Shown: positions 1 to 14,049, counted from the first letter of the stretch. The stretch: 64,000 nt of DNA from Hydrolagus colliei (GCA_035084275.1 CM068757.1:4774001-4838000), one strand, 5' to 3'. The notes: generated by a model from the letters alone, not told the origin. Numbers and translations are program-made.

Positions 1-263
1 TAATTAGAAAAATGCTCTGAGCAATCAAATTCCATTTCTTCATTTCTTTAGTAACTAAAACTTACCAGAGGTGCATACTTTTAGTGGCTAATATAGATAG
101 AAGCTAATACTCTTGAAACCTTCTTCATGAACAATGCCGCAAGACATTTTTTAACAAAAAAATAACTAAACTTACCGCCTGGTGGCACAAACACACATGA
201 GATGGAAATACTAAACATAGCTTTAGTAAAGTGTATCCTCAAGGTAATTATCCTCAAATAATT

Positions 264-284
264 TATATATATATATATATATAT
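264..284. repeat. (TA)n microsatellite
   Basis: Run of about 10 TA units. Confidence 0.9.
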
Positions 285-812
285 GCTTAAGTCTCAACAT
301 TACTGATAGCAAAGAAAATGCTAATGAAATATGAGTAAAGTCCTCCTTCCCCGTTCCAGCTCACTATATTCCTTGCTTCAGAACACTGGAAGCAAAAGAC
401 TTTCATCCAGTCTCAAGAGCAATTGTCTTAAATGCATATTGGATTCTTTCCTGACTTTTATTGACATGAATGAGCAAATCTTCTGCGACAATATGCTTGG
501 GTTCCACTTCCTAAATATGGTGCCTCATTGAACAAAGACAATCCCTGTTTTTGGAAAACAGCAACTCGATGCATTGGGGGCGCACATTATTTTGACATTT
601 GATGTTTTACTGTCGACCCCCGTAGCGTTGTTCAAGGCAATTTAAAAAGCTGTTAAAAAAAATCTGCACTGTACATCCTCCCAGCAGGAATTATATATAT
701 TTGTTGATTCCAAACTTTTGTAGTCTTCAACCCACTGGCATGACACAGTATGCTGGCACCAGAATCCAAATGTTTTAGATGAGATATTTGGATTGCCTGG
801 CACACATTCCAC

Positions 813-1180
813 AATAAGAAGAATAATCCTTGTATTTGATGTAGAGCTTTATCATGTTAATAAGATATTTTAAAGCGCTTCACGGGATATGCTGTGAAGT
901 GGATTGTGACTGTACTTTATGGGTAAAATGCGGCATTCGGTTTATGCAAAACAACATCTTACAATTTTATTTGGGGATGTGTTCGCCAGGAGATGGGAAA
1001 AACTGCCTTCTCTTTTCAAATAGGAGCATGCGATCTTTAACTTGAACAGAGAGACAGGATCTTGGTTTAACGTCTCATCTGAAAGATGGGACATCTAACA
1101 ATGCAACAACCCACAGCACTGCATTAGAGTGTCGATTTAGGAAATGTGATTCCAAATCTGAGTCAATTACCCTCTGATTA
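813..1180 (-). mobile_element. Degenerate Deu-domain (SacSINE1/AmnSINE-like) SINE
   Basis: Reverse-complement tail (taatccttgtatttgat...aaagcgcttcac) plus the internal block ggtttaacgtctcatctgaaagatgg and gcactgcattagagtgtc typical of this SINE group; similar to copies at 29.0 and 35.4 kb. Confidence 0.7.
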
Positions 1181-2627
1181 AAGAAAGTTCGAGCAAGAGC
1201 TGATACGAGGCTGGCAGCCAGAGGGATTCACGTCTTCTCAAAAATAGATGCAATTCTTTGTTAACTAATTGTTAGTGTCAACAGTGAGAAAAATGGACGT
1301 AAAAGATATGTGTCGGTTATAACATATGCAATACTGTGTTCAATTGCTGAACAGTAATATCTAAAAAGCTAAATGCTGACTGCAACTTGATTTTCAATAT
1401 CCTGCTTTGCAAGAAATGGAAAATGGGCTATAAAACTCTTAAATACATTTGAGAGGCAAAGGGAGCACACTAAATTAGTTGATTTATTTAATGTTGTAAC
1501 TGAGCAGATTGCAGGATTCTTGTAGGAAAGGAGATAGGGAGAAAGACTATCAAATTTAGGATACAAACCCACATGGATCAGGCACTCTGCTTTTGTCCAG
1601 CTTGTTAGTTTTAAAATCCCACCTTTTAAATACAAGTTATGGACATTGACTGCTCACATCAGCAAATATTTTAAACCGAATTGTACAAGAGAAAACATAA
1701 TCTCCAGAAGAAAAACACACATCAGCATTACAGATTCTATTGTCGGCTTGTCTCCCATATGGGAGACGTGCTTGCGCAGGGAATTTCAGTAGCAATTTGA
1801 ATTAGTGTGCTGAATTATTGAGAAACTAATTAGGCAAACAGTTCATAACTCGAATAAGCTCGGTTTTCCATATGAATAAATTGTTAACACGTTGACTGTA
1901 GCTAGTGTTTGAATCAATGTAAATGACAGAACTTTTCGTTGATGAAGCACCAGAAATGAAAAAGGGAACATCAGCCCAGTGCACTTTTCAAATATTAGTG
2001 ACTGAGTGCTGCTTGGCATAAGACACATTGATTGGCCTGTGTCATTATTACAATAATCCATGTGCAACATTAATGTATTTGCTAGCAATGATTTCATCGT
2101 GACAATGTGATAAATTGCAGAAGTCTATGGAATAAACCCTTTCGAGGGATTGATGTAAATGATTGATCTTATTTATTAACCCCTTTCCTCGTACACAGTT
2201 GTATTTTCTATTCTTTGTCTATCGGGAATAAAAGCCGTTATTGGACATATGAACTAATGTCAAGAAAAATAAGCCCCCAAATGACTATGGAACGGCAGAG
2301 CGGTTCATGAAGGAATTTTAAGAGTTCAGCGGTGTAAGCCTTTTTTGCCACATCCGTAATCCTGTGGATCTTATTTTTGGTATTCAGAGAACGGCCTACA
2401 ATACCTCGATTAACAAATAAACAATTTGACCATTTAATATAACGGGTAGAATGTCTCAAAGAACTTGAAAGCAGTCACTGCAACAGTGTTTTGTGGAAGC
2501 TTATCTTGTTTAACTGCCCAGCATTGCGGAGGATCACCCGAGCTGCACATTTCTGATTCTCTGGCTTCATCTGGTATCTGCTGTGCTGACCGTTTGCAGA
2601 CCATTCGACAGTCAGATGTTTAATAAT

Positions 2628-2712
2628 AACTATAACCCTTGCATTTGATATTGCATTCGAGCACGTCTCAGAGCACTGTAAAGTGTAGTGACTGTGTTTT
2701 TGCGTGGGTGTA
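2628..2712 (-). mobile_element. SINE 3' tail fragment
   Basis: ccttgcatttgata...acgtctcagagcactgtaaagtg matches the reverse of the tail of the 41016 SINE. Confidence 0.6.
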
Positions 2713-5159
2713 TTGAGTTAGATATATGGGCATATGTAAAAATTCAAAATTGATCTTTGAAGCGTCCAATTGTAACAAGCCATGTGAGCAGCCCCGGTTC
2801 GTTTTTCTGGCCGATAGTTGTAAAAGGATTCCGAATTGAACTCCACCAAAGAGGTGTTAGCAGTCAGAAGAAGAGATCGAAAGATTCTTTGACTCCAATA
2901 CAAGCACCACAAAGTGTGACGTTCCATAGGTAGGCGGGGAGCACCACACCATCGACTGGGCCATCGCTCATCTGTCACGTTGTGTTAAAATCCATCTCTC
3001 TAGGATTGGTCTACAAAGCCAACTAAATGCAAACCAATGACAAGGCCAATCAGAAAACCCCTGGTGTTTTTGGTGGATATTGGAGCAACAATTGGTTTTA
3101 CTTTTGAAACATATTGAAGCTATCGTATTAAACGTTTAAACCACAAAGCAGAAGAAGAAGAAAAAGAAGAAACCAGGAGTGCTTTTGAGCTAGCAGGATG
3201 TGAGAAACAGATTTCAAAACATTTCCGTGGCCCCCATTTAAATTGGAAAGGGTTGCAGAACTGTAAAGTTGCCTGACCTTACAGTTCACTCATCATTTTA
3301 ATTAATTTCTCTATTAAGTCACAAAGCTCACGGCAAAGCTCTTGCCACTATACACAAGGAGCAACCCAGATGTAAATTTCCTGAAATAGACCTACTTTGT
3401 TTTTTAAATGGGCGGGGGGTGAATCTCCCTTGGATTATCTATATTGAAATTCACTCGCTCCTCATTATAAACCGTGTCCTCGGGAGCCAATAATCAAACA
3501 TGTCTGATCGGCAGAGCATTAATGTGTAATTACAATATTTCCTGTGGTGTTCCAGAAATTTTGCAAGCTCATTTATACAAGATACAGAATATTGGAGCTG
3601 CTTATCTATGTATGGAGACACTTAATCAGGCTATTTCAGAATACTACTGGAATATACTCAAACAATTCACATTCGGGGATTTGGATACTTCAGTACATTC
3701 ACCGTTAATTTATATGCAGTGCCAGTGATATGAAGACAAGTGTTCCGAGTGAAGAGCGAGCGCTAATGCTAGGCTCACCACTGCTGGCAAAACGGGGGTC
3801 AAATATTCAAATTGGAGAAGTAAACCTTAGGTTTACCAGATACAGATATTAGCCTTCATTTTACCCAATACATTCAATTGAAGTGTTGAGAGGATATTTC
3901 AAAGGATTTCCCGCAATTTTTAGTGATGGCATATTTTGTAGACAAACTAAACCCAGAAAGAAAAGAAAATCACGTTGTGGTGACTGTGTATTTTTGTAGC
4001 TGAACATGGCAGCCAATTTACTACCAAACAAATCCACTATTAGCTAATTGTTGGCCCCAAAGAGCTCTAATTCTGGCAAGATTAAAAAAGGGAAATAAGA
4101 CAAAGGTAAGTTCTGTAAACCTAAACACCACGATCTGCAACACAGGACAGCGGACAAGAGGCAAATATTCGAATCTCGGAATATATCTGCCTTGATTCTC
4201 TTCCCTCCTCCCTTCTCTTCTGTTTTGCAAACACACCACTTCTGAGTGTGCGGCAAAAGTAAATGTGCCTCAATAATTTACTTTCTACGAGTTGGTGAAA
4301 GGGGAGCTTAATATGCTGCTGAGTATGAAGAATCATAATGAATTGTGCTAAACAAATTAGAAAATAATTACCACGTTCTGCCATCCAATTTTGTGATGAT
4401 CCCACAGAATGTAAGAGTACATGTGTTTATGTATAGGGAACATGTCACTGATAATAGTTATGAAAAATGCGCTCAACCGGGGATGATTTCTTAGTTTCCA
4501 ATATAGTGAGTACGTTGAAATATGCAAATGTTCCACTCATGCAGATATATTGTTGTCAGCCTCAAATGGTTAACTTATATACAGTATATTTTTTAAAAGT
4601 AAAATGTCACGGTGGAAAATGGAATCTAACCCGTGCTCCTGAAGAAGGAAAATAAGCAAGTTTCTTTCTGAATAAGATATTTCTAATCATGATAGGAGGA
4701 ATTGGATGGAAGCGTCCGCAAGTGCATTAATATCCCAGTTCAAGTGTGAGGGCAAATCTCTTTGCTGATCGTTTGGTTTATCTACTGGTACAGACCCTGG
4801 CACTAGTCATTGAGGGTAAGGAGACAGAGCCCATGTTAAAAAACGAGCTTGCACTGTGTGAAATGCTTGCTGAATCTACCGGGGTGACTGTGAATTCGTT
4901 GAAATTGAAAGGCTGAGTAAGTAAGTGTTTTTGATTTGAACAATGATACAATGAATGACCAAGCAAGGAAATGAGCAGGAAACACAATGTAAACATTTGC
5001 AAGGGTCTCAAAATTCACATGTTCTTTTCTGAGCTGATCTCATGCAGCTCATTTGGAGATATTTTCATGAGGGGGGACTCTCTATAAACATACAAATGTG
5101 TCAACCTCTGTGCTTTTGAAAACATTTGTCATGCTGAAATCTTTCTGCATTCAGATACC

Positions 5160-5255
5160 AACATGGCACAGACACTCCACAATATATTCTGTAAAGCAAT
5201 TTGAGGCCTCTCAAGGACTTGATAAGGCGCCATATCAAATGCAAGCATTATTATC
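5160..5255 (+). mobile_element. SINE 3' tail fragment
   Basis: atatattctgtaaagcaatttgag...aaggcgccatatcaaatgcaagcattattat. Confidence 0.65.
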
Positions 5256-5883
5256 AGCTGAGGCCTGATACTTTCTTTGCCTGAGGTGACAGTAAAGATG
5301 GTGAGTTCTTGTAGATGAAATAAACTAGGCGCACATTTTTATTTATTAAAACTGCAAAATAAAACCTTTGTTATCTTTGTGACTGACATGCGGCTGCCAC
5401 ACTAGGGATCGCTGTGATTCTAGCCTCCTACAGTGAATTGCAATGAAGCTGTCATCAAACGGAACACATTAACATTTGGGTACTGAGGGCTGCAACTGTG
5501 CAATATTATACACGGACAGCAGCTAAACTAATCATTAAGCGGCAATGAGCAAAGATTTTCCACCTTCAGTGCTCAATGGGCATGGTATGAGGCTATAGAT
5601 GCCAAGCCACAGAGCAAGTTGATTGCAAAAGGAGCTATTAAAGTTAAGATGGGCAAAGCAATACATAATGAGTTGCAAGGTAATGAGAACGAGATCGGAG
5701 GGAAAAATTACCTTTCAGTTAAAAGCAGAAAAAGGAGTGACTTTGACTTCACAAGTAGCTGTGATCAGATCTCCTGTAGGAAACAGAACAATGGCGCAAG
5801 CTAGATTCAGTTCACTCTGATCAGGTATATCCAGGGGAGCCCTATATATTGGGCAACAGCCTTGAACTTCCTTTGAACTCATC

Positions 5884-5941
5884 AATAACAAAATTACGTT
5901 TGTAGAATGCCTTTCGCATCGGGAGGACGTCCCAAAGCACT
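5884..5941 (-). mobile_element. L2 3'-tail micro-fragment
   Basis: aacaaaattacgtttgtagaatgcctttcgcatcgggaggacgtcccaaagc is the reverse complement of the L2 3' end at 25330-25400. Confidence 0.75.
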
Positions 5942-8329
5942 CATCAGAGATTGGAATAAGTACAACTATTTTTCTTGATGTTTCTCTGTAAATAGCAGCA
6001 ATTCAACCCAATCCCAACTCATCAACATTCCCTCTGGTAGTTATTCTCCAACCCTCGAGAAAGGTGGATGACTTCTTAAAATACGAGTTGGCATTCCTCC
6101 TCACACAAGGCCATGGCAACCTTCCACCAATCCCCATGAGGGTAAAAAGCAATTGGAGAGAAATTCTTACATGCAAACAATCGCCTGGAGATATTAAAAG
6201 TGATTATTAATAAAACCAAATCTTATCTAACATGATCTTAATGAGATCCCAACCAGTTCACAATTGTTTAAAACAAATTTTGAAGTTGCATTAATATCAA
6301 TTTCAATCCAAATTATTGTAGCATTTCAAGATGAATCTCGTCTTCTGACAATAAGGATTAAAATGATTCAAGAGGGCACTAGCCGTTCCTAAACTGAGGC
6401 ATGCTAACCTTTGCCTAAAATAATTTTTTCAATTAAAAATAAATTGCTTTGTGAAAATTGTAGCGTCATCTATAGATATGAAAGATTAAAGATGACAACA
6501 GCTTCGCTCACAACACACAATACCATATCCCGGTTGCAAATTTGTACCCACCTCGCATAAATCCTTAACATATTTGCATACCTCTAAAGAATCATGAGGG
6601 CAAATCGGAAAGCTGATTAAATATTCATAAGGGAAAGTTGAGGATCTGTCAAACTACAATTGAATTTGATTATGGGCAGAATGGGCAAGGCAGTTACTTA
6701 TAAACTGGTGAGAATTGTACAGGATTGTCCCATTATGAGCTGAGGAGCAGATTGAGTTTTTATGTCAGACATGTAAAGATGCATAGATGTATTTACATCC
6801 CTGAATATATTTGTTCCACTTCAGCACAAAAACACACATCTTGTGCCTCCACTTTTTCCCATAACCTATGTTTTAGCGTTTCTAACTTAGGACTCAGTGT
6901 TTTCTTAACATGTTTCGTTTAAATAAAATCAAAAACGGAATGCTTTTTGTATTGTTCAGAAAAACCCTAAAAGAGCATTTTCTCCTGTTCTGTTCCCAAA
7001 GGGAAAGTGAAACATCTGTGACTTGTAAGCATCTCATGCTTGTACCCTCTGGGACACAGGAGTACATTGATGAAACCCTTCGAGAGAAGTAGAACAATAT
7101 GGTTAATCCCAGAGAGAATGTGAAGCAGTGTGCCAAAAGCAATGGGCTCCTTAGAGAAGCCAGTTTGTGTCATCAAATTCTAGGTGGAAAACCTTGTTCA
7201 TAGACACTAGAGTTGGAATCACACGCAAGCTTACCTTGTTCTGAAATATTTACAATTAAGATTGCATTCGAGATGTTGAATAAAGCAAAGAGACTTAGAA
7301 TATTTTCAATTATAGCTCAGGTACACTTCAGTCCGGTACTCTTAAACCTGACAATGCACAAAATCATGTGGGAGAGAGTTGCAGCACAAGGCAAGCATTT
7401 AATCAAAGCATCTGGATGATATCATAAACAACAAAAAATCACAGATCAAATGCTTTGTGAGTGACACTTGCGTTCTTCTTCAAGTTAACGCCATTTTCAG
7501 TGCTATCTAGCATTTTATGTAATAGACATACTTGAGCTCAATAAAACAAAACCACTTTGATGTGGTGCTGTAATGCTATTGACTGACTGTTGCTGCCACA
7601 TAATTCACAAGACAGCAGAATATTCAAGACCTGTGCCTATTCTGCTCGTGAATTACCTGGCCTGCTTCACATGTAAAAATACATCTTGGAAATGGTCCCC
7701 ACCACCACCATCCATAACAAGCAACGCTTTGTGACGCGTATTCAAAAGGGGAGAACGACATTGAAATAGATACTGTTGTATTCTGAGCTGTTTCCTGGTG
7801 TGAAATTGTACATTTGCTGTCACACTGGTGGAATATTCATATTTTTTCAGGAATTCCCTACATATTTCCTTATGCAAGTGAAATAAAAAGGAATTATTTT
7901 GCGGAAGTCCATTCCCCCTCTTTCTCATATTACAGGTTACCCTTCAAGACCTTTGATTCACCCCCATTTCTGACATTTTCACTAGCTTTGAGTCAAGGAT
8001 CCACGTCTCCACTGAATCCCCCCTACTTTCCTTGTGAGGCTTCTAACAGCTGTTTGCCTGAAGTCCCTGATTACATGGACTCCCAATCTAAATGATGTTA
8101 ATTTTGGTGGTACTGACACAGCCAATGACAAGAATAACGTTCAATAATAAAACATTATTTAAATGAGACTGGACTGTCCCTTCCGATTTCACAGGGTGAA
8201 GCTGAAATGACTCAGAGATTACATAAATTTTGAAACAGCTACTCGGGTTGTCGACAAATGCTCACAAAAGGCCCCCGTTCACCATCAGCTACCAATCACT
8301 TCAGTCAACCTTCTCATCATGCGGAAAGC

Positions 8330-8562
8330 TTAAAATAAAGACAGAAAAGCATTTAGTGGCACAAAAACTGAAATCGCTGGGAACACCCCAAAATCTCGAA
8401 AATGACCCTTTGTCGAAGGCTCAGTTCTGACGAAGGGTCGTGGACCCAAAGCGTTGACTCGCTTTTCCTTTCTCCATAGATGCTGCCTGACCCGCTGAGT
8501 GTTCCAGCGACTTCTGTTTTTTTTTCAGATTTCCAGCATTAATTTGCAGTATTTTGCATTTT
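8330..8562 (+). mobile_element. Penelope-like (PLE)-derived repeat with degenerate hammerhead ribozyme and partial inverted arm
   Basis: cagtt-CTGACGA-a-GGGTC-gtg-GACCC-aaagc-gtt-gact at 8422-8459, followed by ttctccatagatgctgcctgacccgctgagtgttccagc; the upstream actgaaatcgctgggaacac is an inverted copy of the right arm. Confidence 0.7.
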
Positions 8563-10443
8563 TGAAACATTTAGTGAAAGTTGGTTGTGAGGTTCTCCAT
8601 AAATGGAATTTGGTCACAATATAATACACAGTGACTGAGATTTGTAACTTATTAAGCTTCCTATAGCCATGTATAAGATAGGCTGCATTGAAGTGTTTCG
8701 GAGAGGGAAAGCGAGGGCTCAGAATTATATGAATGTGTGAGAATTTAGATAAGGAATAGAACTGTAGGAGCAAAGCGAATACAGTAAAAGCTCCATAAAC
8801 TCCCTGCATTTGCTTATACAATCTCACGCTGTACTCGTTTGAGAAATAGCTTGATTTTGTGTTGGGGGCAGGGGTGGAATGATTGACTGGAGGATCTGGA
8901 AGGATGAGTTCAAATGCATCAAAGGATGCAACTTTTTCAGTTGAATCTCTGTGATTTTGTAATGTGCCTTTTTAAAATGCTGCAGAATCTAGCGTGCCAC
9001 TAATCAAATCTAACTTAAATGAACCTTTAAGACTCAATACTACATGGCAGAAATCAAAATGTAATTAGAACAACTAATTTTGAGTTTCAGTGTGAGCCTT
9101 GCATTAGCTGGCGAATCTCTGAGTATAAACTGCAGTTCCACTGCTGGGTGCTGCAGGGGAGTTTTTGTTTCTTAAAAGCACCAGATTACTGCATCAAATT
9201 AGAAAAATAGCAATCTTACAATGAAAAGAAACAATTGCGTAAGGAACAGGTTAAAGTAGGTCTGACTGGCTGAATTATTTATTCTGATTACGTCGAATTT
9301 TGTAAAATTCAGAAGGCCAGCCACATTGGAATAATGCATAGCACAATTTTGAGCTCCGTCAGTTACTCAGAAAGCATATTACTCTGACACAGAACACTAA
9401 TGCAGCCAGACTTCAAGTCAGCATGACTAACCTGTTGACAGTTTCCATTTCACAAGGAAATGTCAGACAGGAAAATTTCATTGCATTTGATCCACTGGTT
9501 TTTTCTCTGAAGCTGTCGCCTCTGACAGCTGTGTATATAATTGTTTCCCAATTTTAAGGAATGATTTTGATCTTTTATCATGCTCTTCTCAGTCCACACG
9601 ATCAAATCATAATGCTGCAACTAATTTCAAGTTTTATTCCCGCAGAAAAGCAATGGTTGTCAGTATTCATTAGAGTGAATGATAACACTAAACTGGGGAA
9701 TGGAGTATTCTCCAGAGAGTATTATGATATTACAAAGCAAATTTACTGTGGGTATATTGAAGGCTACTGCAAGTACTGTGTACCAAACTGATAAGTTAAT
9801 GTAATCCATTTCATATCAGCTTGCACAACTTGGGTCTCTCAAAATTGCATTTATCGCCTATTTACAAATTGAGTAAATTCAGAATTAAAAACGTGTCTGT
9901 ATGCAAATTCACCCTAAGAGCGACGGTACTGCTGTATTCAAAATAGCGAGAGTCAAAGTTTTAAATCAAACTGATCTTTTATACATAGAGTATGAAGCTT
10001 CCATGACAATAAGACACTCGGGTGAAAAATGTAGCATTTTTGACTGAAATAAAACAATTTACCGTAGTCCAGTTGAGAGGGAAGAATGGAATCCAATAAG
10101 CAATTATCAGAATTTGTTCGAGTAATAACAATGCAAGTCAGACATGTGTATACTAACCACTGAGATACAGATATCCCTCCCATCCATTCCCCGAGGGACC
10201 CTGCTTACCTCTCTTGCAAAGATAGTGTCGCCTTGTTGATCATTAAATGTGGTATATTGAACATCTATTATTCACCATGTAAATAAACCCACTGAAACAC
10301 TTAACCATCTACAATAAATTCTGGGCCTTTTGTCAAATTTGCTCTAGTGAGAATTTACCATAATTCCCTCTAGAGTGACTCTGAAACTCATTTTGAAATG
10401 TGAACTAGGGCTAATTCGCTGTGGCTCTTAACAGTCAACATTA

Positions 10444-10992
10444 ATTTCCTTTCCAAGAACTGGATTTAAACAAAAAACCTCTGGAAGTCCACAAAGAGTG
10501 TTGGATAAGCCGGTGACACGTTTTGTCCACAATCTTGACTCTTTTTAATCTATTTTAGGAAGGTGTTCTAAAAAGATAAACATTTTACTGAAGCAACAAA
10601 AGCCCTGCTATTAAAATCGATCACGGTCACATTGAAGAATTTATGACATGCAATAATAGATGAAAAGATAATTTCTGCAAGTAGGATATTAGTTAGATGA
10701 GTTCTAGTCCAGAAAAAGCGGTAATGGCATCAAGATACAGTGCGTAAGATATTGATTTACACACTGAAATTAGGCCAAGATACACAGGTTCACAAATATA
10801 GCAACTTGACTAGATTTCACTTTATTTAAGCATCTCAAAACATATTTATCAGAGATCGGCATAGTTGCAATCAAAAAAGAGTTATTTTTGAGTGTCACAA
10901 TGATGTAGCACCTAGTTGTCCAGATGCACTTTCCTTAACAATGGTAGAAAGAGGGATTTCCTTTCCAAGAACTGGATTTAAACAAAAAACCT
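10444..10992 (+). repeat. Perfect 37-bp direct repeat (10444-10480 and 10956-10992)
   Basis: atttcctttccaagaactggatttaaacaaaaaacct occurs twice, identical, 512 bp apart. Confidence 0.95.
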
Positions 10993-12062
10993 GGTTCTAA
11001 CATGGTTCAGGTTCAGCAGTTAATTTCTGTCAACAGCCATGTCAACATCAGTCGGTGGTAGACATCTGGGAAGTGGCTGGAGCTAGTCAGTGTACAATGC
11101 GTGGCTTGAAGGACCCAGTCATCTGAGCAAGGGAGACAAGATCCTGGCACAAAATCAAAGACATTCATTCTGTGATGTCTAGGAACCGAGAAGTGAACTG
11201 GAATCACTCGGCCAGCAAATGAAATGGAGCGTAGCAATGGGGGATTAAGGAACACACAAAAATCCCTGCAGTTGTGTAAGTGGATGCATGTGGGGGAAGT
11301 GGGTGAGCAGTTGTATGTTGTGTGTATTTGTGTGACTGTGTGCGTTGGGGTGGGGGGTTGGAAAGGAAGAAGATGTGTTCGTGGGTCAACTGCTAATGTT
11401 GAAAGCTTCATTCTTGACGCTATGCTCGTTTCACCGTTCTCTTCCCACGACATCCATAGTGGGTCTACTGTATTTTGTTTTGCTGGGAACAAAAATGGTT
11501 TATCTCGTATGATTTCCGACAATGACAATGTGCATAAAGCGAACACAGTTTAATAAAAGTTTTAAAGATTTGTTTTTCCAAAAGAATTCACATTAAGTTC
11601 TCCAGCTGGAACTTCATTCCTTCGTAAGACGGATGATCTAACCAAATCTCCACCACTATTTTGATCTATGGGGAAAATACTTATTGATTAGAGACTGGCC
11701 AAAGAAATGCATGGATGAAAGATGTATCATTCCTTGGAAACTGATTCCTTGCAGTCCATTTTCTGGTTATGAACACTGCGAGCAATGATTAATAACCTTC
11801 AGTCTTGCCCTCAATACAGCTCGTAAGGGAATTGCATTCCTCTTGTGACTACCATTGGGACTTCATAATGGTCAGTACAAACCCAGAATAGAAAAGACAA
11901 ACACGATTTCAGGATATTTTCACGTCTGCTATTGAGCCGAATAATAAAAGTATACAGGAGTGAGTCATTGCTGTGAATATCAACCGCAATCTGTAATCTG
12001 ATTACAAAGGGCCGCACGAGCTTTCAACATGAAAGATTCATAGCACTGAACAAACTTGCACC

Positions 12063-12331
12063 ATGGAAGGCGCAGCTGAAGGAATAGAGGGCAATGAAGT
12101 TACCACACTGTCCAAGATGAAAGCGATTCAGGCTGTGTTTGGACAAACAGAGTAAGGAAAAAAGAAAGTTTCTTAAAAAGGCCAGGCTGAACTCCACTGA
12201 TCTTTGCAGACAATTGGATCCAATTTAACATGATTCCTTTTTACAGGGATTTTGCCTCATTTTATGCCATGTCCAAAGTCCATGCATGGGTGGAGTCGGT
12301 TGTAGAATATTTACATTTGGGCTCGAAATAG
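12063..12331 (+). CDS. Possible two-exon 57-aa micropeptide (12063-12151 + 12247-12331); unverified
   Basis: Kozak-like gcaccATGG, donor GA|gtaagg, acceptor ttcctttttacag|, in-frame join, TAG at 12329-12331, AATAAA at 12625. No homology recognised. Confidence 0.15.
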
Positions 12332-13189
12332 GTTCAGAATTTTTAAGTGTACATCTACTTCTTTCAGAAGTTCCTTGGTACACATGCACTCTATTTTACA
12401 GCAGTGAATGGAAAATGGTTGGAGTACAGCGGAAATCCACACAAGGATCAGAATTATATACTGATGAAGTGGTACAATTCTGAGGATTTTACAGTGCATA
12501 AAAATAACAGATTCTGAATTTTTAATGCAGGCTGCATTTACCTTGAATTAGTAAGCACTCTAAGCAGGAAGATAAAGATGCAAATGAATTGACTGGAATA
12601 TACTTTATGGACATTTTCAGGGACAATAAAATCTGCCAAGCCATATTTTAAAGGGCAGACAATTGCCTGTAGAGAACCTTTTCTGATATGACCTTCGAGT
12701 CGCAAGCTCTTTCAGAAAATTATATTAAGGATTACGACATGTATTATTATGGGATTAGAATATCAATTAATTCATTCAGTCAAAAATGGGAAATTTAATA
12801 CACTTGTGCTACAGAATGATCTCTACAATCCATTATTTTTTTTCTTAAATCTCCTTTCCCTGAATGGTTCTAACAATTATTCTTAACAATAGGGAAGAAG
12901 CTTGCAGACCATCTCATAGGTGACAATACATTTCATTGTTTGGAAAGTTGCCTGTCCTTACTGGGTCTTCTTTTGCAAAGATGACATGAAATTCTGTTTT
13001 GTATTACTGGTCTCATTATCTGGGGATTTTGCTCCACACACTGGATTGCTTGTATAGACTGTATACACTTGTTCAAATAGCAGATGTACACAAGTGCCAA
13101 TAACGGCCCAATAAATGATTAATCGCTGAGCAATGAATGCTATTTCATTCAGTTTATAATATTTCAGGATTCCATTTTAACCATTCATG

Positions 13190-13308
13190 CATCTAAAAAT
13201 ACAGTCACTACACACTACACATTGTGAAGGGCTTTGAGACTTACTCCCAATGTGAATGGCGCTAAATCAAATACAAGGATTATTAATTATCATAATAATA
13301 ATTATTAT
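13190..13308 (+). mobile_element. SINE 3' fragment
   Basis: acagtcactacac...gtgaagggctttgagac...gtgaatggcgctaaatcaaatacaaggattatt. Confidence 0.65.
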
Positions 13309-14049
13309 TGGTGCTCAAGCAGAATTCTTTTGATAATGATGAAAACTTGTATTGCTCAAGATCTTCATTTTAAATTAATTTGCTTTTGCCAACACACAAA
13401 TTAGCACCTCAGGTATTGGTTCTCTCCGTGTCCTTACAAAGAAAGGTTAGGTACGAGGACATTTAAATACAGTATAAACATTCTTTGTGGCGATAACTAA
13501 ATCTATCCGTTTTTACAAAATCAAATAGTTACTCTAAACAAGTTTGCAGACTTGATAATATTGACAATTAATCTTTTGAAATTTCTTAAACAGATTTGAA
13601 TGTAGTACCAGGGCATCAGGTGGCAAAAGAAGAACAATACATTTAGATAGATCTTGCAGAATTTACTCTGTTAACGTTTTTTTTTGACATACGACATGGA
13701 AAATGATTGGAAATTGCATAGCAGAGCTAATAGCCAATGTAAACACTGAAGTGAACTGACAAACATCACCATGGAAAGTGTGCTTGATTTAGTCTGAGAT
13801 GATTTGTCTAATCAGGACCTCCACAAAACTGAAAACAAAATAAATTGCAATGAAACCAAATCAATGCAATGCTTCTGGTCTGTTTGACAGTCATAACAGA
13901 AAAAGAAATGAGTGAAGTCTGAGACAATACAGAGTGAATGTGCAAGGCTGATATTTCAGATCGTCTTGTGAAAAAAAACGTTGGGTAGCGTTGTCAAAAT
14001 TGCAATATTCATGCTGCAAACATTTGGAAATGCCGGCAAAATGGAGAGG

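Noticed and set aside
171-190. CTCF-like motif (gccaccaggcggt on the minus strand)
   Set aside because: Partial match only; expected by chance in 64 kb.
10444-10992. CRISPR-like 37-bp repeats
   Set aside because: Only two copies, 475 bp between them, vertebrate context and no cas genes.
11013-11553. 177-aa and 109-aa ORFs
   Set aside because: Length is inflated by GT/CA-rich low-complexity sequence; no recognisable protein.
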